Assembly: GCA_902462665.1 (NCBI GenBank)
Contig: CABQCM010000001.1
Coordinates: forward strand, 1 to 25,898
Direction of reading: 5' to 3'
DNA: 25,898 bases
DNA from: an uncultured Oscillospiraceae bacterium
GTDB lineage: Bacteria > Bacillota > Clostridia > Oscillospirales > Acutalibacteraceae
Shown: in pieces, positions 7,843-16,567 of the stretch
Layout of the letters: each line of letters opens with the position of its first letter
How positions within the stretch are numbered: the first letter of the stretch is position 1
Notes under the pieces: generated by a model
Told to the model about the DNA's origin: nothing
What the model saw: the letters and a program-made list of their open reading frames with translations, nothing else
The model's database searches: none
Program-made: the position numbers and the translations under genes

Positions 7843-9645
7843 TTAGTTTTGGACGGTCAAAATCCGCTCGGCATTTTTCAAAAGCAGCCGCTCAGCCTGC
7901 TGGCTGGCGCGATTGTATCTACGCCAATCCCCCGGCGAACGGCGCGGCTCAAGCCGTGGAGGGAATTCGCATTGCTCCGGGACGGGGCAGCCGGAATTCA
8001 GCCAGCTATACCTTTCGTAGTCGTTTGTCGTCCACAGATATCGGGTTTCATTGCTGCACGAGCAGCTTGAGCTGATACAGTCGCAATCGACGATAAAGTG
8101 ACGGAATACCTTGTGTACCAGCTCGTTGTGCGCTTGCCTTGCCACCTCGGGGTCGCTGTCGTCGAGCAGCTCCAGCAGATAGGGCACGGCGCTGTCCGAC
8201 AGCCCGGCCAGAGTTTCCACGTCCAGCCGTTCCAGCGCGCCGCTGCGGTAGGCGGCGACGTTGTATCGGGCGACGGTGGCGTCGATATCGCAATAACTGA
8301 CCGTCAGCCCAACCAAGCAAAAGGCCAGCACGACGGCTTTCATGTAGGCAAATCGCCTCACCCAGAGCCGAATCCCCGCCGCGATAAACACCAACGCCAA
8401 AAATACCATAAAGCAGGAGGTCATCATCCGCCGCCGGGTCATGCCGTAGCCGTCGATATACAAAAACATCTTGGACAAAGCGGTGCCGATGAGCACGATC
8501 GTAAACAGGCACAAAAAGGAGCCGAGAAGCTTGGTCACAAGGGGAATACGGCCCTCCTGCTTGTGCACAAGCACCATGGATAGAAACAGGATTCCCAGAT
8601 TAATGGCGGCGATGGCGCACATTTCAAAGAAGCCGCGGCGAGCGTAGTCGCAGGCGGTTTGCTCGTAGCCCTGCGGCAGCAGCCCTCCAAAGGCGGAGAA
8701 GAAATAGGCCGTCTGGGTCAGCAGATAAACCAGATAGACCAGCGAGAGCGCCGACAGAAAGGCTTGTATAATCATAGGGTCGATGCGTCCGTCCGCCGCC
8801 CCGTTGGTGCGCGCGGTGCGGCAGGGCAGCTTCTTTTTCCATGCAAACAACAGGGAGAACAGCAACACAAAGAGCAAAGCGCCCAGAATAAGCCGCCCCA
8901 CAAGCCCAGGAGCGTCGAACGACAGGTGGGACAATAGCTGCTCGAAATACAAATCCGAGCGAATCAGCAGGGGAATGACAATGGCCAGCGCCGGTATCGC
9001 GCACAACAGACCGATGACAATCTTGCCCAGCGCGTTTTTATGTTTGAGTTGCGCACCCGGCGTTTTGGAAAACAGGGAGCGCAGGGTAACCCCCATGTAC
9101 TCAAACGGATAGACAAACACGGATTGAAGCACGTCGGCTGCGCAGCGGAAGCCGCCCGGGGAATATTGCAGACAGCCGGCCAACTGTCCGCCGCACAGGG
9201 CAAACAGCGCGACAATCGCCCCAAAAGAGACGAGCTGTACGGGGGTGTCCTGATAAAGCGCAAAGGGAATGGAACCGGCGGCGGCCAGCAGACCGCAGGC
9301 GACGGGATAAAAGGAAACGCGAGCCTCCCGCCCAATGAGATAGGCCGTCATCAGCAGGGCGAACAAGGGGGTAACCAGAGCGAAGCCAAGTCGAAAGCCG
9401 CCAAACAGGGCAAAATCGACCCAAAGGACGCTGAAAACAAAAAAGAGCAGGGAAAATATGCGATCCTTGCGGCTGACTGGCTCCTTGGGTTTGGACGGCC
9501 GCGGCTGGTAGACGGGCATCGGCGCGGCGGGTGGCGGGGGATAGGATTGCCCGGGCGACGGTGTATAGCCGGGCTGAGAAACTCCAGGCGGGGGAGGATT
9601 GGGATGGGGATTCGCAGGGTTCGCTGGATAGATGGGCTCGGTCAT
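7843..9645 (-). CDS. DUF4153/DUF4173-like multi-pass membrane protein
   Basis: About 13 hydrophobic segments; motifs DYARRGFFEM, KMFLYIDGYGMTRRR and LAGLSDSAVPYL; Pro-rich N-terminus. Start ATG 9645 fits the GAAAGGA SD spacing better than 9654. Confidence 0.8.
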   Translation of the reverse strand: MTEPIYPANPANPHPNPPPPGVSQPGYTPSPGQSYPPPPAAPMPVYQPRPSKPKEPVSRKDRIFSLLFFVFSVLWVDFALFGGFRLGFALVTPLFALLMTAYLIGREARVSFYPVACGLLAAAGSIPFALYQDTPVQLVSFGAIVALFALCGGQLAGCLQYSPGGFRCAADVLQSVFVYPFEYMGVTLRSLFSKTPGAQLKHKNALGKIVIGLLCAIPALAIVIPLLIRSDLYFEQLLSHLSFDAPGLVGRLILGALLFVLLFSLLFAWKKKLPCRTARTNGAADGRIDPMIIQAFLSALSLVYLVYLLTQTAYFFSAFGGLLPQGYEQTACDYARRGFFEMCAIAAINLGILFLSMVLVHKQEGRIPLVTKLLGSFLCLFTIVLIGTALSKMFLYIDGYGMTRRRMMTSCFMVFLALVFIAAGIRLWVRRFAYMKAVVLAFCLVGLTVSYCDIDATVARYNVAAYRSGALERLDVETLAGLSDSAVPYLLELLDDSDPEVARQAHNELVHKVFRHFIVDCDCISSSCSCSNETRYLWTTNDYERYSWLNSGCPVPEQCEFPPRLEPRRSPGDWRRYNRASQQAERLLLKNAERILTVQN

Positions 9646-9666
9646 GCGTCTCATCCTTTCTCTAGT

Positions 9667-9891
9667 TCATTTCTCCAGTTCATTGGCATCCTCTTCAAAT
9701 GCCAGCAGGTCGCCCGGCTGACATTCGAGCACGCGGCAAAGGCTTTCCAGGGTGGAAAAGCGAATCGCCCGCGCCTTGTTGGTTTTTAAAATCGAGAGAT
9801 TGGCCTGGGTGATGCCGATGCGCTCGGCCAGCTCCCCCGACGACATTTTTCTTTTGGCCAGCATAACGTCCAGATTCACTACAATTCCCAT
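9667..9891 (-). CDS. XRE/Cro-C1 HTH transcriptional regulator (YozG-like)
   Basis: IVVNLDVMLAKRKMS..ELAERIGIT.ANLSILKTNKARAIRFSTLESLC..LECQPGDLL is the YozG signature, in its usual position after a DUF2975 gene. Confidence 0.93.
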   Translation of the reverse strand: MGIVVNLDVMLAKRKMSSGELAERIGITQANLSILKTNKARAIRFSTLESLCRVLECQPGDLLAFEEDANELEK

Positions 9892-9900
9892 GATATTCCC

Positions 9901-10347
9901 TCATATCGTCATTTCATTTTCGGTTTGAAGCTCGAGCGCGGTCTGAAAGGCGTTTTTGACCACCCGCAAAATCAGCCCCATAAAGGCGGCGAAGGGCGCG
10001 AGCAGCAAAATGGGCAAATATCGGATCCCCAGCGACAGCGTAATGGGAACCAGGACAAAGCAGCACCACGAAAGCCGGCGCAGCCGGTTGACGTTCGCGG
10101 CTGAAAAGCAGCAGCCCCTGCGAACCGAGCTGATCAGCCCCAGCAACAGCCACAAAGCATAGCCGAGCGGCGGCAGACAGGCGTAGAGAAAGCACAGCAG
10201 CACCGGCTGAAGCGCCATGGATTTCCCCGTGATTTCCAAATAGCTTCTGGTAATCCAGGGAGCAAAAATCTCCAAAAGGGCCAGAATCACCATAAAGCAA
10301 TACACAAAGATTAACGACAGCAGTGCGGATTTCTTGGAATTCCACAT
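9901..10347 (-). CDS. DUF2975 domain membrane protein
   Basis: Four TM segments, FSAANVNRLRRLSW, and C-terminal AFQTALELQTENEMTI. ATG 10347 follows an AAGGAG SD. Confidence 0.88.
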   Translation of the reverse strand: MWNSKKSALLSLIFVYCFMVILALLEIFAPWITRSYLEITGKSMALQPVLLCFLYACLPPLGYALWLLLGLISSVRRGCCFSAANVNRLRRLSWCCFVLVPITLSLGIRYLPILLLAPFAAFMGLILRVVKNAFQTALELQTENEMTI

Positions 10348-10374
10348 CGATTTCTCATCTCCTTTACACACCAT

Positions 10375-10408
10375 ACCATAGCACTTGTTTTATTGTTTGT
10401 CAATAAAA
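10375..10408 (-). promoter_or_regulatory. Sigma-A promoter of the DUF2975 operon with overlapping palindromic operator
   Basis: Minus strand TTGACA (10403-10398), 17 bp spacer, TG-c-TATGGT (10380-10375). The inverted repeat TTTTATTG-N5-CAATAAAA (10388-10408) overlaps the -35. Confidence 0.65.
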
Positions 10409-10581
10409 AAATATTAAAAAACGAGAAAACCGGACGAATTCGTGCTTACTTTGAGCAGAAAACAAAAGCCGATTTGGATTTCGCATGAGCCTTAAGTGGG
10501 ACATGCGCCGTATCCCACGCATACAATGGCAATGACTGGGCATACGCCCAAAAACGGCTGCGCGGAGGGAGGCGAATAACC

Positions 10582-10899
10582 ATGCAATACACCGGGATAT
10601 GGACCGGCTTGGTGGCCTTTGCCGCGATCGGCGCGTTTTACCCCCTTATGGTACGGTGCGAATACTGGTTTTCCGAGCGGGTTTGGCCAGCTTTTCTCAT
10701 TGCCGGTTCGGTGCTGTTGGCGTTTTCTCTGGTGGTGGAGAGCGTTTTGGTATCCTCCTGCCTGGGCGTACTAGGCTTTGTCTGTCTGTGGTGCATCGGA
10801 GAACTCAAGGAACAGGCCGAGCGGGTACGCAGGGGATGGTTTCCCGCGAATCCGCGGCGAATCGCTGAGGAGGACTCCATCCGCGGGCGGGAACGCTGA
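10582..10899 (+). CDS. DUF4491 family small membrane protein
   Basis: Motifs IGAFYPLMVRCEYWF, W.IGELKEQAERVRRGWFPANP; three TM segments; GGAGG SD. Confidence 0.85.
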   Translation: MQYTGIWTGLVAFAAIGAFYPLMVRCEYWFSERVWPAFLIAGSVLLAFSLVVESVLVSSCLGVLGFVCLWCIGELKEQAERVRRGWFPANPRRIAEEDSIRGRER

Positions 10900-10929
10900 T
10901 GGGCGGCTTGAGATTGATTTATTGGCATC

Positions 10930-10964
10930 GGGGCCTCTGTCGGGAGACAGGGGCTCCGTTTTTT
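10930..10964 (+). terminator. Intrinsic terminator after the DUF4491 gene
   Basis: GC-rich imperfect stem GGGGCCTCTGTC-ggga-GACAGGGCTCC followed by a T run. Confidence 0.65.
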
Positions 10965-11534
10965 GTCGCTAGACGGCGCGAATGTATCCTCCGCACGTCT
11001 TCTGGGATATCAAAAGGCGACGATACGCTCCCACGGCATAATTGACGGCTGATTTTCGTATATCTTACTACCATTGCTTGTCAAGCAATGGTACCATTAT
11101 AAAAGGCAAATCGGTTTTCTGAATAATACGGTCGTTTGCTGCGGCGATCGTCAAACATATGCAGTAACGCTTTCGCAGATGGATGCAAGCGTTTTTGCCG
11201 GCATGCCGAAATGAAAGATGTGGAATGGCGTTTTGTGTTCAGCATCTGCCAGAAACCGCGTCAATGGGGAGGGAAGACCGTCTATTTTAGGAAAATAAAT
11301 TCATCGTTGTGCACGTTGCACAATAAGCAGCGAGACGTTTTGTAGCACATGACGGCTGATTTTGCATAATTGTGAAATAAAAGGTCAAAGGGACTGCGAA
11401 AATTCCAATAAATATAAATTATTTTGATTAAACGTACAGCTATCACAAGATATAGCGTATAAACTCTGTATCTTTTTTAAAAAGTCTCAATACCGGGGAC
11501 TTAAAAAAATTATCTACAAAATGCACAAATGCCC

Positions 11535-11563
11535 TTTACTTTTGTTAGTCAATCTGATATAAT
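11535..11563 (+). promoter_or_regulatory. Extended -10 sigma-A promoter of the carbohydrate uptake operon
   Basis: TTTACT (11535-11540), 17 bp spacer, TG-a-TATAAT (11555-11563), ~80 bp upstream of the first gene. Confidence 0.75.
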
Positions 11564-11644
11564 ACTCGAGTGTAAATTGTCGATTCTTTCTTGGATTGAT
11601 CAAGTTGTCGCAAATCACAAAAATTTTTAACGGGAGTGGTTGGC

Positions 11645-14600
11645 ATGAAGGATATGCCGAATTTGGTACGAAAGCCGTGCGCGGTTTTTCTGTGCATGGT
11701 TTTGTTGCTGAGCTGCGCGGGGGTTGCTCTGGCCGAGCCGGACGGGTCCGCGTCGAGTGCGGCTGCCAGTCAGGCGGAGGAAAATAAGTTAATCAACCGT
11801 TATCCTCTCTACCAGAGCGACTACGTGGAGGAGGATATTCCTTATTACTTTAACTATCTCAAGGATGGAATCGAAAAGGGATATAAAAACGCTGCCAGCG
11901 AGGTTGCCGTGGATCTTGCGGCGGGCCTTGTGGACGGCCAGACGCCGGTAACCCTGACCGACGGTTCCGTGCAATGGAACGACGAGCAAATTGAGTCGAT
12001 TTCCTGGCCGGTTACGGTGCCGCAGGCCGGCTTTTATAACATTGAGCTGGAGTATACTCCCCTTGGTTCGGGCGTGGATAATCCCAGCCGCACCATTGAG
12101 ATTGACGGGGCTAAGCCTTTTCAGGAGCTGCTGAACGTAGAATTCAGCCGCAGCTGGCACGACGCCAATAAGCCCTGGGTCAATTCGCTGGGCGATCAGG
12201 TTCGTCCCAAGCAGGTGCAGGAAAATGTGAAAATCACCACCCGCGTCAGCGATCAGCTCGGTCGCTCGAACGAGCCGTTGAAGGTTTATCTTACTGCGGG
12301 CGAGCATACCATCCGCTGGACCTATATCCAGGAGAAAATGTCCATTCATTCCATGAAGCTGGTTGTTCCGGTTACATATCCGAGCTACGCCGAGGTCAAG
12401 GCCGGCTACGACGCGAAGGGCTATCAGCCTGTGCCGGCTTCGGTAGAGGGAATTAAAATTGACGCCGAGTACCCCACCGATAAATCCGACGCCGCGCTGC
12501 GCATCATGTCGGACACCGACCCGAAGACCGATCCTCCGGTCTCCACGCACACCGTGTTTAATGCCATCGGCGGCGACACCTGGAGCAACGGCGGCCAGGC
12601 GATTACCTGGAGCTTTGATGTCGCTACGGCGGGCCTTTATAAATTTGACATGCGGGTTTACTCGAAATACAACGACGGCCTGCCTTCCTATCGTAAAGTG
12701 CTCGTTGACGGCGAGGTTCCTTTTGAAGAGCTGCTTTGCTATGAGTTTGCCTACAGCAGTAAGGGATGGTATTCCACCTCGCTGCAGGATGGAGAGCAGA
12801 ATCCATATCTGTTCTATTTTGAGCCGGGTACGCACACCATCACCTTAGAGGTGGTCACCTCCTATTACGCTGAGATTCTGCTGGAGCTGGACCGCACTCT
12901 GAAGATGCTGTCCAACTGCATTCAAAAAATCATCATGATCACCGGTATTGACCCGGACATTAACTTCGACTATCAGCTCGAAAAACGCATTCCCGGTCTG
13001 ATTGATAGCTTTGCTGCCATTTCCGACAGCTTGAGCACGCAGATCGATCTGTTGGCCGGCGGTTCGGGAAAATCCACTAGTTCGATCAGCTCCTTGCGTG
13101 ATATTAAGTTCCGCATCGACCGCATGCTGGACAACAACAAGCTGATCGCCCGTACCCTCACCGCCCTGATTGAGGATCAGACCACCCTGTCCAACTGGAT
13201 TAACGGTTTTAACAATCTGCCGCTGATGCTGGACTATTTGGTGGTGTCCTCCCCCGAAGATACGCTGGAGAATTACAATTCAAACTTCTTCCAGAGAGCA
13301 TGGTTTTCCATTCGTAACTTCCTGGTGTCCTTTACCCGCGACTATGATGTGATCGCCGGAACCGGTTCGGCCGAAGGAGATACAACGGGAGACAACGCGA
13401 ACGGCGCTGAGGATAAAGAACCCGTGATGCTCAAAGCCTGGGTTTCCCGCGGTAAGGAATGGGCTGAAATCCTCAAGCAGCTCTCGGACGAAGAGTTCAG
13501 TACCCAGAACAACATTTATATTGATTACAATATGCTGCCTGCTGGCCAGCTTGGCGCCACCGGTATCATGCTGCTCGCCGTGGCATCGGGAACCGAGCCC
13601 GACCTTGTCATCGGTTCCGACCAGGGCGTTCCGACAGAGTACGGAATGCGTGGCCAGGTGTATGATCTGAGCCAGTTTGCCGATTACGAAGAGGTTGCTT
13701 CCCACCTTCTCCCGGGCGCCATTACTCCCTATAAGTTTAAGGGTGCAGTTTACGCGTTGCCCGAGACGGTCGATTTCAGTATCCTGTATTATCGTACCGA
13801 TATCATGGCCTCTCTTAATCTCCAGATTCCGGATACGTGGGATGAGATTTATTCCATCATCCTGCCCGAGCTCAAACGAAACGGTATGGATTTCTGGTAT
13901 GACGGCGGCGTCAACGGCACCGGCATCAATACCTTCCTCTTCCAGCAAGGCGGTTCGCTCTACACCGACGATGGGACCAAATCCGGAATCGGCACCGCAT
14001 TGGGCTATGACGCGTTCAAGCAGTTCTGCGATTTGTATGTGGTTTATAAGGTGCCTGTCTCGGCGAACTTCTACAACCGTTTCCGCGCAGGACAGATGCC
14101 TATCGGCACCAGCTCCTTCCAGCTTTACCTGCAGCTGACCTCAGCGGCTCCCGAGCTTGAAGGAAAATGGGCGGCCACCGCAATGCCTGCGACCGTCCGC
14201 GCCGACGGTACAAAGAATCGCAGCTGTTGTGTTGGTACCACCTCCTGCATGATCTTTAAGAGCACCGAGCACCCCAATGAGGCTTGGGAGTATCTGAAGT
14301 GGTACACCAGCGCTGAGGCACAGACTCGTTACGCCAACGACATCGTGGCTTATATCGGGCCGGAGGCACGGTGGTTCTCCTCCAATATTGAGGCGTTCGA
14401 CACCTTGTCTTGGGATAAGACCCTGAAGGCCGCCGTGAAAGAGCAGCGTGATTATTGTGTGGGCGTGCCCAATGTGGTGGGCGGTTATATTACCGGCCGT
14501 CATCAGGAAAACGCGCGGGTGCGTTCGGTGGTCAATGGCATGAACTATCGTGAGTCGCTGGAGCGCGCGGTGAATGATATCAATCGCGAGCTTGATGTAA

Positions 14601-14677
14601 AGAATGAAGAGTTTGAGCTTCGTGCCAAGAAGGAGGCCGAAAAGGCCACCTCCACGGCCGGGCAGGAAGGGAGATGA
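11645..14677 (+). CDS. Giant extracellular solute-binding protein (two tandem CBM-like beta-sandwich modules, helical linker, CUT1 sugar-binding domain)
   Basis: Signal peptide ending VALA; repeated motifs ISWPVTVPQAGFYNIELEY / ITWSFDVATAGLYKFDMRVY and VYLTAGEHTI / FYFEPGTHTI; SBP motifs GAVYALPE, ILYYRTDI, IPDTWDE and EAWEYLKWYTS. ATG 11645 follows GGGAG. Confidence 0.9.
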   Translation: MKDMPNLVRKPCAVFLCMVLLLSCAGVALAEPDGSASSAAASQAEENKLINRYPLYQSDYVEEDIPYYFNYLKDGIEKGYKNAASEVAVDLAAGLVDGQTPVTLTDGSVQWNDEQIESISWPVTVPQAGFYNIELEYTPLGSGVDNPSRTIEIDGAKPFQELLNVEFSRSWHDANKPWVNSLGDQVRPKQVQENVKITTRVSDQLGRSNEPLKVYLTAGEHTIRWTYIQEKMSIHSMKLVVPVTYPSYAEVKAGYDAKGYQPVPASVEGIKIDAEYPTDKSDAALRIMSDTDPKTDPPVSTHTVFNAIGGDTWSNGGQAITWSFDVATAGLYKFDMRVYSKYNDGLPSYRKVLVDGEVPFEELLCYEFAYSSKGWYSTSLQDGEQNPYLFYFEPGTHTITLEVVTSYYAEILLELDRTLKMLSNCIQKIIMITGIDPDINFDYQLEKRIPGLIDSFAAISDSLSTQIDLLAGGSGKSTSSISSLRDIKFRIDRMLDNNKLIARTLTALIEDQTTLSNWINGFNNLPLMLDYLVVSSPEDTLENYNSNFFQRAWFSIRNFLVSFTRDYDVIAGTGSAEGDTTGDNANGAEDKEPVMLKAWVSRGKEWAEILKQLSDEEFSTQNNIYIDYNMLPAGQLGATGIMLLAVASGTEPDLVIGSDQGVPTEYGMRGQVYDLSQFADYEEVASHLLPGAITPYKFKGAVYALPETVDFSILYYRTDIMASLNLQIPDTWDEIYSIILPELKRNGMDFWYDGGVNGTGINTFLFQQGGSLYTDDGTKSGIGTALGYDAFKQFCDLYVVYKVPVSANFYNRFRAGQMPIGTSSFQLYLQLTSAAPELEGKWAATAMPATVRADGTKNRSCCVGTTSCMIFKSTEHPNEAWEYLKWYTSAEAQTRYANDIVAYIGPEARWFSSNIEAFDTLSWDKTLKAAVKEQRDYCVGVPNVVGGYITGRHQENARVRSVVNGMNYRESLERAVNDINRELDVKNEEFELRAKKEAEKATSTAGQEGR

Positions 14678-15588
14678 TAGGAATGAAGATTCAGCGAAAG
14701 CATTATTCAAAGAACGACATTAAAGAACGCTGTTCCGCGAGTCTTTTCTTTGCTCCCTTTGCACTGTTGTTTATCCTGTTTATCATCGTTCCGATTGTTT
14801 TGTCGGCCATTTACAGTCTCACCAGCTATTCGGTGGTGCAGGAGCCCATTTTTGTCGGCATCCGCAATTTCCGTTATTTGATTACGGAGGATAACTTTTT
14901 CCTCACCGCTCTCAACAATACCCTTGCTTTCGCCGCTATGACCGGTGCCGCAGGCTACATTATGTCCTTTATCTTTGCCTGGATCATCGACAATTTGAAA
15001 TTCAAAAAATTCTTCGCGTTGATGTTCTATGCTCCTTCGATTACCAGCGGTATCGCTATGTCGGTCATCTGGCTGTACTTTTTCGCTCCTGACTCCATGG
15101 GATTGTTCAACTCCATCGCCATGCAGATGGGATGGATTAACGCTCCCATTCTTTGGACTCAGACCCCCAGCCTGATTTTGCCGATGGTCTGCGTGGTTAC
15201 GATTTGGATGAGCATGGGCAACGGCTTCCTTGCTTTCCTCGCCGGCTTCCAGAACCTGTCGGGCGAAATCAGCGAAGCGGGCGCCATCGACGGCGTACAT
15301 AATAAGTTTGAGGAACTTATCTATATCATTGTTCCCCAGATGAAGCCAATGCTGCTGTTCGGTGCGGTCAACGCGATTATCGGTGCTTTCGCCATTTACG
15401 ACGTTCCGATGACCCTGGCCGGAAACCCTGGCCCGGACAACGCCGCTCTGACGCTGATCGGTCACCTCAACGATTATGCCTTTACCCGTCTCGATCTTGG
15501 GTATGGCTGCGCCATCGGTATCGTGCTCTTCCTGATTACCTTCGGGCTGAGCCGCGTTGTGTTCCACGTTCTGCAGGAAAAGGATTAA
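14674..15588 (+). CDS. Carbohydrate ABC permease (MalF/UgpA-like)
   Basis: Six TM segments, FVGIRNF, MFYAPSITSG and EAA loop EISEAGAIDG. ATGA overlap with the upstream stop (alternative start 14683). Confidence 0.93.
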   Translation: MIGMKIQRKHYSKNDIKERCSASLFFAPFALLFILFIIVPIVLSAIYSLTSYSVVQEPIFVGIRNFRYLITEDNFFLTALNNTLAFAAMTGAAGYIMSFIFAWIIDNLKFKKFFALMFYAPSITSGIAMSVIWLYFFAPDSMGLFNSIAMQMGWINAPILWTQTPSLILPMVCVVTIWMSMGNGFLAFLAGFQNLSGEISEAGAIDGVHNKFEELIYIIVPQMKPMLLFGAVNAIIGAFAIYDVPMTLAGNPGPDNAALTLIGHLNDYAFTRLDLGYGCAIGIVLFLITFGLSRVVFHVLQEKD

Positions 15589-15604
15589 GAGGGAGGGAAA
15601 AGCC

Positions 15605-16501
15605 ATGTCTACCAGTTCCAGTGCTCCCGCCGGCCGCCCCTTGCGCCGCCGCATCCGTCACATTCACATTCGGCCCTCCCGCGTGCTTCTGTACGTATTT
15701 ATTATCGCGATGGTGGCATTTACCGCCTTGCCGCTTTGGTATATGATCGTACAGTCCTTTAAGCCGCTTGAGGAAATTTTCGCCTATCCGCCCCGGTTCT
15801 ATGTTAAGAACCCCACCTTATCGAACTTTACCGAGCTGTTGACCGCCATCAGCAGTTCGTCCGTGCCCTTCACACGCTACTTCTTCAACAGCCTTTTGGT
15901 GACCGTTGCCAGTACGGTGATGTCCCTTTTCGTCTGCTCTCTGGCCACTTTCGCCATGACCAAAATGAAGCTTCCCTTTAAAAACGGAATTTTTAACTTC
16001 ATCGTGGCTGCTATGGCGTTCAGCGCCCCCGCCTCTCAGGTAACGACTTACATCATCGTCAATGGAATGGGCATGATGAATACCTACTGGGCGTTGATTA
16101 TTCCCAAAATTGCCACCGCCATGTACTTCTTCCTTATGAAGCAAAACATGGAGACCATCCCCGACGCTCTCATTGAGTCGGCGAGGTTGGACGGTTGCAA
16201 TAACTTCAAGATTTATTGGAGGATTATCCTTCCTCTGTCCATTCCGGTACTTGCGACGGTAATCGTGTTCGCCTTCGTGGCGTCCTGGAACGATTATTAT
16301 TCGCCCTTGATTTACATTAACAAGGATGTCCTGAAAACGCTGCCGCTGGCGCTGAACATGCTGCAGGGCGGCGCGGGACAGGTGGCGCGCGCGGGCGCAA
16401 TGGCCGCCGCCACCATGATTACTACTTTGCCGACCATCATTGTGTTCACGGCCTGCCAGTCCAAAGTGACGAAGACCATGGCTCATTCGGGTATTAAATA
16501 A
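15605..16501 (+). CDS. Carbohydrate ABC permease (MalG/UgpE-like)
   Basis: Motifs PTLSNF, YFFNSL, EAA loop IPDALIESARLDG and FVASWNDY. ATG 15605 follows GGAGGG. Confidence 0.93.
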   Translation: MSTSSSAPAGRPLRRRIRHIHIRPSRVLLYVFIIAMVAFTALPLWYMIVQSFKPLEEIFAYPPRFYVKNPTLSNFTELLTAISSSSVPFTRYFFNSLLVTVASTVMSLFVCSLATFAMTKMKLPFKNGIFNFIVAAMAFSAPASQVTTYIIVNGMGMMNTYWALIIPKIATAMYFFLMKQNMETIPDALIESARLDGCNNFKIYWRIILPLSIPVLATVIVFAFVASWNDYYSPLIYINKDVLKTLPLALNMLQGGAGQVARAGAMAAATMITTLPTIIVFTACQSKVTKTMAHSGIK

Positions 16502-16567
16502 ACCGGTCGGGAAGAAGAACCCCGTGCCTTTGATTTTAAGATCAAATAAATGTTTAGGAGCCTTGCT

